The translations under genes and the position numbers were made by a program. 64,000 nucleotides of DNA from Aggregatilineales bacterium (lineage in GTDB: Bacteria > Chloroflexota > Anaerolineae > Aggregatilineales > Phototrophicaceae), in assembly GCA_038207205.1 (NCBI GenBank), contig JBBRAA010000016.1, positions 3,578 to 67,577 of the forward strand, given 5' to 3'. How positions within the stretch are numbered: position 1 is the first letter of the stretch; every line of letters starts with the position of its first letter. The notes beneath the pieces were generated by a model that was given only the letters and a program-made list of their open reading frames with translations, was not told the origin of the DNA and ran no database searches. Positions 1 through 7,785 of the stretch are shown piece by piece.

Positions 1-105
1 GTCGATATCAGCGGGTCGATTCAGGTTCAGTTCATCATGGCGATGAATATCGTCGTCGTCGCGTGGCTGTTCGAACAGATTGCGCGGCAGTTGTCGGTTA
101 TCTAA
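1..105 (+). CDS. 3' end of a hydrophobic, probably membrane, protein truncated by the window start
   Basis: Frame 1 is open to TAA at 103-105: VDISGSIQVQFIMAMNIVVVAWLFEQIARQLSVI*. Confidence 0.5.
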   Translation, partial: VDISGSIQVQFIMAMNIVVVAWLFEQIARQLSVI

Positions 106-117
106 ACCGTGTCACTT

Positions 118-192
118 CGGTTACAATACATCGTCGATGGGCGGACTAATATCACCGCCCCGCCGACGATGTTAGGGACAAACCTGTAACCG
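118..192. repeat. Long interrupted inverted repeat filling the intergenic region
   Basis: Three nested stems: CGGTTACA(118-125)/TGTAACCG(185-192), ACATCGTCG(128-136)/CGACGATGT(164-172), GGGCGG(139-144)/CCGCCC(155-160). Confidence 0.7.
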
Positions 193-193
193 T

Positions 194-586
194 ATGAACC
201 TCAGTGACTTTCACAACATTCTCTTTAACGCCCACATTCTGTATTCGGTCGTGCTCGGTTTGTGGAGCGCGTCACTCGCGCTTCGCAGCCAGTCGATTTC
301 CGGCAATTTCTGGGGCGCGGTCGCCACGATCACGATTATGGCGGGCGCGGTGCTGCTTGTCGGCGTCATCATGCTCGCGCAAGGCTTGCAGCCACCCCGC
401 TTGACGCTGTATTTGCTGTATATGAGCTGGTTGATCGTCATTATGCCGGGCGTGTTCAGCCTGTTACGTGGGCGCGACGACCGCAATGCGGCGATCGCGT
501 TTTCCATTCTCAGTTTCTTCAATGTCACGGTTTCAATCAGCATGTTGCAGCGCGGCGTCATCGGACCGTGGATACTGCCTTCATGA
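194..586 (+). CDS. Small integral membrane protein (about 4 TM), hypothetical
   Basis: 130 aa with four hydrophobic segments; AGGGA upstream; ATGA overlap with the next gene. Confidence 0.75.
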   Translation: MNLSDFHNILFNAHILYSVVLGLWSASLALRSQSISGNFWGAVATITIMAGAVLLVGVIMLAQGLQPPRLTLYLLYMSWLIVIMPGVFSLLRGRDDRNAAIAFSILSFFNVTVSISMLQRGVIGPWILPS

Positions 587-1119
587 AATTGCGCTTTTGC
601 GCCGCCGCATTATGTTTATTTCTGTGCGCGACGGGTTGTTCGGATTCACCGACGCCCCTGCCAATCAACGCGCCCGCAACTGAAACACAAACGCCATCTC
701 CGATATTGACGACAACCCCCATGCCGATGTTTTTGACATTGGCAATTAATCCGCGCGTGCCGCCGTTCGATGACGCACAGCTACCAACTTTATACACGCT
801 TTTGACCGACACCGACAATCGTCTTGTTCAACGGGAACGCATAGCGAGCGCCGGGTACCCTGACGGATTCGCGGTGGTCATCGCAGTTGTGGATATGACC
901 GACTCGGCAGTGGCGACTTTTGCGACACGATTGGCGACCATACCAATCGCCGTGACCTTCGAACAGGTAACCAACCCACAGGCGCGCCAGATGTTCATCG
1001 ATGGCTACGTCCATGCAGTGATTTTCGCGTGGAATGACCAAAGCGTATACGATGGCTGGGACGGGTTGGCGGATGATGGCATGATATTCGATTTTACGGC
1101 ACTCTCACAGGGAACTTGA
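583..1119 (+). CDS. Hypothetical lipoprotein with Pro/Thr linker
   Basis: Start reassigned to ATG 583 (in frame with ORF 262..1119, overlaps upstream TGA); MKLRFCAAALCLFLCATG|C is lipobox-like, followed by SDSPTPLP...TETQTPSP. Confidence 0.65.
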   Translation: MKLRFCAAALCLFLCATGCSDSPTPLPINAPATETQTPSPILTTTPMPMFLTLAINPRVPPFDDAQLPTLYTLLTDTDNRLVQRERIASAGYPDGFAVVIAVVDMTDSAVATFATRLATIPIAVTFEQVTNPQARQMFIDGYVHAVIFAWNDQSVYDGWDGLADDGMIFDFTALSQGT

Positions 1120-2495
1120 TGTCGAACCACAGCATCACGACCGCGTATGTCGCCGACATATTGGGCGACACCGTCGCTGGGCTGATTAAACTCATTGTCG
1201 ATCACGCGGTTCAGCACGATATAACCCTGTACATGGTCGGCGGCGGCGTGCGCGACTTACTGCTCAGCCGCCGCACACTGGATATCGATTTTATGATCGA
1301 TTCAGCGCAAGAAGGTGAGGCGATCCGCTTTGCGGAGACGTTGCGAGCGCGCTTCGGTGGCGATGTGACAGTCTTCAAGCCGTTTGGCACAGCAAAATGG
1401 AGACTCGATCAAAGCGCTGGTGATTCGCTCGGATTAACGTTGAGAGACTTACCCGATCACGTTGATTTTTCCGCCGCGCGAGGCGAAACTTACACGCATC
1501 CAGGTGCGCTTCCGACGATCTTTCGTGCTGACCTCAAGACCGATCTCGCACGCCGCGATTTTACCATCAATACACTGGCGATACAGTTGACCCGCAACGA
1601 TACAAGCGAATCGTATCCTGTTATCGATCTCTTTGACGGCGTACGCGATTTGAACGACGGTGTGATCCGTGTTTTGCACGACATCAGCTTCACTGATGAC
1701 CCCACACGGATTTTTCGCGCTGCGCGCTTTGAACATCGTTTTGGTTTCCAACTCGAATCACATACCGCCAATTTGATGAGCGCCGCCGTCCCCATCATAA
1801 AGCGGGTTACTGGCGAGCGATTGCGTAATGAGATCATGCTGTTGCTAAAAGAGCACGAACCCGAACGCGCACTGCTCAAATTGAACGAGCGCGGTGTTTT
1901 ACACGCGATTCATCCAGCATTGATAGTTACCGAGCGCATCGTACCCGTCTTTGAGAAGATTCGGACGCTGTATCCCGACAAACGTCCAGTATGGGCAGCT
2001 CCAGGCATGTCAGTAGACGATCTCTATTTGCACCTCATGGCGGCATATATCGACCTAAAGGCGCTGCCGGACATATGCACGCGCCTGTTGATTCCCAAAA
2101 GTACCAGCGAGTCGCTCATTGATACTGCACAAATTGTTCAGAATCCGGGCTTACTCAGTGACTTAAACGCGCAGCCCAGTCAAATCACCGCCGACATGGA
2201 AAAAAAGTTGCTCGATGTACACAACAGCGCGTCATTTTGGGCGGCGTGGCTGTGCCTTTCTGATGACCACGCAAAAAATAACCTTGCCCAGTTTGCGTCG
2301 TCGTGGAGGTATACGCGCCCTAGCACAACGGGAGAAACACTCAAACAATTGGGCTTGAAACCCGGCAAGTGTTACGGAATCATTCTCAATCGCTTGCGTA
2401 CGGCGCGGTTGGATGGTGAAGTGAAGACCGATAATGAAGAACACATGCTGATCGAGTGGTTGATCGAAAAAGAGATTTGTCGTGACCACAATTGA
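1119..2495 (+). CDS. cca: Class II tRNA nucleotidyltransferase (CCA-adding/poly(A) polymerase family, possibly A-adding subtype)
   Basis: Motifs YMVGGGVRDLLL..LDIDF, DLARRDFTINTLA, SFTDDPTRIFRAARFE, ERLRNE; TGATG coupling with upstream stop (TTG 1116 is an alternative start). Confidence 0.9.
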   Translation: MSNHSITTAYVADILGDTVAGLIKLIVDHAVQHDITLYMVGGGVRDLLLSRRTLDIDFMIDSAQEGEAIRFAETLRARFGGDVTVFKPFGTAKWRLDQSAGDSLGLTLRDLPDHVDFSAARGETYTHPGALPTIFRADLKTDLARRDFTINTLAIQLTRNDTSESYPVIDLFDGVRDLNDGVIRVLHDISFTDDPTRIFRAARFEHRFGFQLESHTANLMSAAVPIIKRVTGERLRNEIMLLLKEHEPERALLKLNERGVLHAIHPALIVTERIVPVFEKIRTLYPDKRPVWAAPGMSVDDLYLHLMAAYIDLKALPDICTRLLIPKSTSESLIDTAQIVQNPGLLSDLNAQPSQITADMEKKLLDVHNSASFWAAWLCLSDDHAKNNLAQFASSWRYTRPSTTGETLKQLGLKPGKCYGIILNRLRTARLDGEVKTDNEEHMLIEWLIEKEICRDHN

Positions 2496-3003
2496 ACCCG
2501 TTCCATCGATGTCTGTGCAGTTGGATATTTCTTTTCGATTGGCGCGCGCCGACGATTTGCCTAAACTCGAATGGTATGGGCAGTACACGCATTTTCGAGA
2601 AGTTTTTCGGCGCACGTACCGTGAACAAGTTAACGGCACACGCCTGATGCTCATTGCAGATTGCAATCATTTTCCAATTGCACAGCTTTTTATGCAGGTT
2701 GGTGCCAAGAAGCAAAAACGTACCTATTTTTACTCGTTTCGAGTCATGGAGCATTTTCGTGGACAAGGCATCGGCTCACGCTTGCTCGAAGAAGCCGAAA
2801 CGATTGCACTGGCATATGGGTATCAAGGCGCGACGATTGCCGCCGCCAAAAATAACCTGCGCGCCCGTGATTTATACCAGCGTTTAGGCTATCGAATCGT
2901 TTCTGAAGACGAGGGGCGCTGGAGCTATAATGATCATGAAGGACGCACGCGCCATATTCATGAACCATGTTGGGTCTTGGAAAAACGTCTGACTATGCGT
3001 TAG
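2482..3003 (+). CDS. GNAT family N-acetyltransferase
   Basis: Acetyl-CoA motif FRGQGIGSRLL and NNLRARDLYQRLGY. Confidence 0.85.
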   Translation: MTTIEPVPSMSVQLDISFRLARADDLPKLEWYGQYTHFREVFRRTYREQVNGTRLMLIADCNHFPIAQLFMQVGAKKQKRTYFYSFRVMEHFRGQGIGSRLLEEAETIALAYGYQGATIAAAKNNLRARDLYQRLGYRIVSEDEGRWSYNDHEGRTRHIHEPCWVLEKRLTMR

Positions 3004-3097
3004 AATGCTTGATCATTACATATTTTTGCGACGACGTTATGTAAAATACATCGTCGTTTTGTCCTATCATCGTCCAGTTACATAGAAGGATTTTGTT

Positions 3098-3433
3098 ATG
3101 GCGATTGAACATAGTGTAGCCGTCCGGGTCATGCGTTGGACTGGCGGTCAACACCCAACGCTTTCCTCTATCACCCGCCAGATGCAAAAAGAAAATCTAC
3201 GTCCCTATTTCTGGGAAAACGCGCCAAATTATCGTTATGGCGTGCGCAGTCATGGGTATTCCAAAGTCTTATACGTCGTCGAAGGCATCGTCGAATTAAG
3301 CTTCCCCGATACCAATACGCGCGTCAAACTGCGTGCTGGCGACCGTATCGAAATCCCTGCCAGCATCCGCTACGGCACGATTATCGGCAGCACGGGCGGT
3401 AAATGCGTCGAAGCTGCGCTCGGCAGTCGGTAA
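3098..3433 (+). CDS. Cupin-fold protein
   Basis: SHGYSKVLYVVEGIVEL...LRAGDRIEIPA cupin pattern. Confidence 0.7.
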   Translation: MAIEHSVAVRVMRWTGGQHPTLSSITRQMQKENLRPYFWENAPNYRYGVRSHGYSKVLYVVEGIVELSFPDTNTRVKLRAGDRIEIPASIRYGTIIGSTGGKCVEAALGSR

Positions 3434-3448
3434 TTTATTACCCGCCGC

Positions 3449-4249
3449 ATGGAATTTATTCAGCACATTCAACAGATTCCAAGTCTTAACGCTCGTCATT
3501 GGGGATTCGTCATCAATGGTGCGGTGCGTCACCCACTTCTGTTGGACGCCGCCGATATACGCGCGTTCCCGTCAATAAATATTCCCGCCGCGCTGATATG
3601 TGCGCATCAACCGGATAAATACGCGCCCGATGATCCACTCGCGTACAATGCGACATGGACAGGCGTACCGCTTTCTACATTACTCTCCGAAATCGAAATC
3701 GACTCTACTGTCATCGGCGCGACCCTGTACGCCGCCGATGGTTATACGTGTAATTTGTCACTCACCCATTTGCAAAACGCCTTGCTGGTCTACAAAATGA
3801 ACGAGCAGCCGCTCACGCCCGAACACGGCTATCCAGCGCGGATCGTCGTCCCCGGCTTATACGGCTACAAAATGCCCAAGTGGATCGAACGGATCGAACT
3901 GTCGGCGCTGCCCCACATCGGCTTTTGGGAGGCGCGTGGATTTGAAGGCGAGGGCATAGCACAGGCAGCCGCTTGGATCACCATGCCGCAAAAAAATCAG
4001 GTGTTTGCCGTCGGTCAACCAATCAACATCATGTGGTCTTGGTTCGTACGCGAGGGAAGCCTTCCGATACCCCGACCAAAGCTATACGTTAACGGGGTGT
4101 GGATCGATTATGCGACATATGGGCGACAACGCCCGAACCAGTTGACAAATCAAACCGCTATCTGGACGCCGCCAGTGCCTGGTGATTATGCACTCACCGT
4201 GCGTATTCTGGATCGTGATAGTACTACCATTGTCGTCCATGTTCGCTGA
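3449..4249 (+). CDS. Sulfite oxidase family molybdopterin-dependent oxidoreductase
   Basis: Mo-ligand Cys in ALICA, NATWTGVPL, LVYKMNEQPLTPEHGYPARIVVPGLYGYKMPKWIERIEL, GFWEARG. Confidence 0.85.
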   Translation: MEFIQHIQQIPSLNARHWGFVINGAVRHPLLLDAADIRAFPSINIPAALICAHQPDKYAPDDPLAYNATWTGVPLSTLLSEIEIDSTVIGATLYAADGYTCNLSLTHLQNALLVYKMNEQPLTPEHGYPARIVVPGLYGYKMPKWIERIELSALPHIGFWEARGFEGEGIAQAAAWITMPQKNQVFAVGQPINIMWSWFVREGSLPIPRPKLYVNGVWIDYATYGRQRPNQLTNQTAIWTPPVPGDYALTVRILDRDSTTIVVHVR

Positions 4250-4256
4250 GAAATTC

Positions 4257-5150
4257 ATGCTCACACGCCGCCAGTTTCTTCAAGTGTTGGGGATTACGAC
4301 CGCGGCTTCGACGCTGGGATTGATGACCGCGCTCGATTTGTCCGTTCCCATCGACCCGTTTATCCCTCCAACCGGTGATTTACTGGCGCGTACACTCGTG
4401 CGTAAGCGCACTCACCCAACGGATAGGGTCGCGCCGATACTAGAAACAACAGACCGACAGATTCGTACTTGGGAAGGCTGGATACACCGCGAACACATCC
4501 AGCCAATTCTCGCATTGGATTATCACCCGCCAACGACATTCTACACAGAGCATCACAGCGTCTCAGGATGGGTAAACGTCGCCGCACCTTCTGCCGCCGT
4601 TTGGCAAAGCGCGAGCGCGTTGAGTGTGCTGCTTACAACCATCGGACATGGCGGCAGCATGCGTGTGATCGATAGATTACCGCCACAAAACGCCGACTCC
4701 CCCGCTTGGATCGCGCTGGCAACTGCCGACGGCGATTTACTTGGTTGGTCACAGGCGCATTTATGGCGCGCCGCGCATGACCATACGCCAATCGCCAACA
4801 ATCGCTATGCTGCCATCGACCGGGAAGCGCGGAGCATCACCGCTTATCAAGATGACCAAGCGGTTTTTTCCGCGCCCATCTCCATTCATGGAACACTGCA
4901 CGCATCGATGCTGACGATTGACGCACATCGGCTCGGCGCAAGCATCATTCATAACAACCAGCAATTTTATGGTGTTGCTCATACGCTGGCATTCGGTGAA
5001 CAACCGACGCAGGTCATTGGTGGCGCATGGTGGCATAATCGGTTTGGCACCAACACTGAGGTGCAGGGTCATGCCGTGCAAACAACCATCCACGCGGCGC
5101 GCGCGTTGTATACGTTCTTGCCGGATGGCGCTGAACTGCACATCGTGTAA
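4257..5150 (+). CDS. Tat-signal L,D-transpeptidase-like protein lacking the catalytic Cys
   Basis: Start reassigned to ATG 4257 (MLTRRQFLQVLG twin-arginine motif); C-terminal AIDREARSITAYQDDQAVFSAPIS and GGAWWHNRFG resemble YkuD domains, but there is no SHGC. Confidence 0.6.
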   Translation: MLTRRQFLQVLGITTAASTLGLMTALDLSVPIDPFIPPTGDLLARTLVRKRTHPTDRVAPILETTDRQIRTWEGWIHREHIQPILALDYHPPTTFYTEHHSVSGWVNVAAPSAAVWQSASALSVLLTTIGHGGSMRVIDRLPPQNADSPAWIALATADGDLLGWSQAHLWRAAHDHTPIANNRYAAIDREARSITAYQDDQAVFSAPISIHGTLHASMLTIDAHRLGASIIHNNQQFYGVAHTLAFGEQPTQVIGGAWWHNRFGTNTEVQGHAVQTTIHAARALYTFLPDGAELHIV

Positions 5151-5214
5151 TATCCGCGTAAGCTAGTTCGTCTACAATCTTTACGAAAACGTCGTTCCGT
5201 AGAGGCGACCCGGT

Positions 5215-6303
5215 GTGTCGCTGCAAAAGGATTATGAGGTGGAAATCAATGTATGGGTCGCGTTCATTGCGGGGTTGGCATCGTTTTTGTCGCCTTGCGT
5301 GCTGCCGCTCGTCCCGGCATATATCGCCTACATGGGCGGACGCGCGACACACACCGCCGCCGCGCAAGCCGACTCGCCTACGATTACCCGTCGTATATCC
5401 GTCTTCACACATGGCATCGCGTTCGTCGCCGGCTTTACATTCGTCTTCGTTGTCATCGGACTGCTTTCGACGGCGTTTATTCAGCAAGTCGGCGGACAAA
5501 ATATCGCGTTCGTCCGTGACGTGCTTGCACGTGTCGGCGGCGTGACGATTATTTTCTTCGGACTTCATTTCACTGGCGTGCTGCAACGCGCGTTTACCCT
5601 GCTGCTTACGCGCCCAACGTTGATGAGCAGTATGTTATTTACGCTCGCTTTTGCGCTAGCGGCGACGCTCTTGATCGTGTGGGCGTTTATAGATTTGCTC
5701 TTAGCACTGCCGATTATTGGTATGTTGTGGTTGTGGTTGTTTTTGAGCAGCGCGTTTATACAGCCGAACGTTTTCTGGACGCGCACGATCAACAGTGTGC
5801 AAAACGCGCTGTACAGCGATACGCGCCGTCAACTGACCGCGCAGGGTAAACAGAATTATCTGACATCGGCGTTTATGGGTGTGGTTTTTGCCGCAGGGTG
5901 GACGCCGTGCATCGGACCGATTTACGGCAGTATTCTCAATCTGGCATGGGGCGGCGCGGAAATCGAACGTGCTGGCTCCTTGATGATTGCTTACTCGCTT
6001 GGGCTAGGCGTGCCCTTCCTGCTCGCAGCACTGCTTATGGAACAAGCGACGGCAATTCTGCGTCGGCTCAACCGTCATGTTCACACGATTGAACGGTTCG
6101 CAGGCGTATTTTTGATCGCAATCGGCATTTTGGTTGCCAGTGGACAACTGCAAACGCTGAGCGTGAGTCTGAATGGACAGTTTGCAGATATTTCGTACCA
6201 GATCGAAGACTGCGCATCGCAGCTCAGCAGTGGACAAATCGCACTCGGTGAGTTTTTCCCGTGTGTCAATACGCTTGAAACCGTCGATGAAGCCACAACC
6301 TAA
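5215..6303 (+). CDS. ccdA: CcdA/DsbD-family thiol-disulfide transporter with extra TM insert and C-terminal extension
   Basis: ASFLSPCVLPLVPAY and AAGWTPCIGPI redox Cys motifs; AYSLGLGVPFLLAA. Confidence 0.88.
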   Translation: MSLQKDYEVEINVWVAFIAGLASFLSPCVLPLVPAYIAYMGGRATHTAAAQADSPTITRRISVFTHGIAFVAGFTFVFVVIGLLSTAFIQQVGGQNIAFVRDVLARVGGVTIIFFGLHFTGVLQRAFTLLLTRPTLMSSMLFTLAFALAATLLIVWAFIDLLLALPIIGMLWLWLFLSSAFIQPNVFWTRTINSVQNALYSDTRRQLTAQGKQNYLTSAFMGVVFAAGWTPCIGPIYGSILNLAWGGAEIERAGSLMIAYSLGLGVPFLLAALLMEQATAILRRLNRHVHTIERFAGVFLIAIGILVASGQLQTLSVSLNGQFADISYQIEDCASQLSSGQIALGEFFPCVNTLETVDEATT

Positions 6304-6844
6304 CCGTTTGATCCGATCGATCATCGCGCTTGCGTGTTTCGTCGCAGCGCTGTGGGTAGTCAACGCGGCGGGGTTGCCGTCACGGGCGCTATACACGGGG
6401 CAAATCAACCCCGACGGCAGTGCAACGGCGCCGGAAGTGGACGCGACTGCGCCGAACTTCACGACGTTGACCTTGTACGGGGATGCGTTTGAACTGCGCT
6501 CGACCCGCGGCTCACCCGTCATTCTCAATTTTTGGGCGACGTGGTGTGCGCCGTGTGCAATCGAAATGCCTGAACTGCAAGCCTTCCACGAACGTTACCC
6601 CGATGTGCGCCTGATCGGTATCAATCTAAGCGAATCGCGTTCGGTAATCGCAGCATGGGTGACACGCGGCGGCTACACGTTTGACATCGCGCTCGATCCT
6701 TCTGGTGAAATCGCCCGACTTTACGCCTTGCGTGGTCAACCGACGACGATTATCCTCTCTCCAGGCGGCGTCATCCTGCAAATCATATACGGCGCGACCA
6801 CCCGTGCCGCCCTAGAAGGTGCGCTCGCCCCGTTTTTGGGATAA
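6287..6844 (+). CDS. Membrane-anchored TlpA/ResA-family thioredoxin
   Basis: Start reassigned to ATG 6287; N-terminal TM; VILNFWATWCAPCAIEMP; YALRGQPTT cis-Pro loop. Confidence 0.88.
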   Translation: MKPQPNRLIRSIIALACFVAALWVVNAAGLPSRALYTGQINPDGSATAPEVDATAPNFTTLTLYGDAFELRSTRGSPVILNFWATWCAPCAIEMPELQAFHERYPDVRLIGINLSESRSVIAAWVTRGGYTFDIALDPSGEIARLYALRGQPTTIILSPGGVILQIIYGATTRAALEGALAPFLG

Positions 6845-6848
6845 CCGC

Positions 6849-7661
6849 ATGACTACAAACCCGTCACCCGACTCGAATCGGGCGCTGGCGCGCAGCATCA
6901 ACCGCTCTACGCTGCGTTTTAGCCGCAACTGGCTCAAGATAGCGCTGGTCGTTTTAGGACTCTATTCGACGCTGCCGATCATTACACCCATCCTGATGAA
7001 AATCGGTCTCGAAGCACCCGCGCGCGCGCTGTATACGATCTATAGTCCGTTTTGTCATCAATTTGCCTTCCGGTCGTTGTTCTTGTTTGGCGAACAACCC
7101 GCCTACCCTCGCGCCGTCTCCAATTCCACGCTCCCAGATTATGAACCTTATGCCGCCGCTGATCCGTCGTTTCAAGCAGCGTATGCGTATTGGTACGAAT
7201 TTTACCGAGATCAACCGCTGACCGCCCCAATCACCGAAACCGAACTGCTCACCTTCACGCCCTGGTTGCAATTTGCATCACGCGATTTCGTTGGCAACGA
7301 ACAAATGGGCTATAAAACTGCATTGTGCGCGCGCGATGTCGGCATTTATCTGGCGCTGTTTGCCGGCGGCTTGATCTACAGCATCCCGGCAGTACGCCGT
7401 CGTTTGCGTCCGGTGCCGCTCTTATTGTATGGACTATTAGGCATTACGCCGATTGGTATCGATGGGTTTAGCCAACTACTCGGTTATCCACCGTTTAATT
7501 TGTGGGAAGCACGCGAAACCACGCCGATTTTTCGTATTTTGACCGGTGTTATTTTTGGCTTGATGACGGCATGGCTGATGTATCCTCATTTTGAGGCAGC
7601 GATGCACGACACACGCGCACAAATCGAAGCCAAATTCGCGCGGGCTGGCTTGAAGATTTAG
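6849..7661 (+). CDS. DUF2085-like membrane protein
   Basis: YSPFCHQFAFRSLF and ALCARDVGIY motifs, IGIDGFSQLLG; ATG 6849 follows the TlpA stop. Confidence 0.75.
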   Translation: MTTNPSPDSNRALARSINRSTLRFSRNWLKIALVVLGLYSTLPIITPILMKIGLEAPARALYTIYSPFCHQFAFRSLFLFGEQPAYPRAVSNSTLPDYEPYAAADPSFQAAYAYWYEFYRDQPLTAPITETELLTFTPWLQFASRDFVGNEQMGYKTALCARDVGIYLALFAGGLIYSIPAVRRRLRPVPLLLYGLLGITPIGIDGFSQLLGYPPFNLWEARETTPIFRILTGVIFGLMTAWLMYPHFEAAMHDTRAQIEAKFARAGLKI

Positions 7662-7728
7662 CAAACTTAGCGACTCGCTGGATGATGTGAATTGCAGTGA
7701 GTTCCAGTCCTGCCGCCACCAGGAAAAC

Positions 7729-7758
7729 AAAAAGCCCCCTCTTTCAAGGGGACTTTTT
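7729..7758. terminator. Bidirectional intrinsic terminator between convergent genes
   Basis: AAAAAGcCCCCT-ctttca-AGGGGaCTTTTT, one mismatch, with A and T tracts. Confidence 0.65.
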
Positions 7759-7785
7759 GTTAACCGAGTCACACAGTTTCGCTCA

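Noticed and set aside
262-582. N-terminal 107 codons of ORF 262..1119
   Set aside because: Overlaps the membrane gene 194..586; the lipoprotein signal begins at ATG 583
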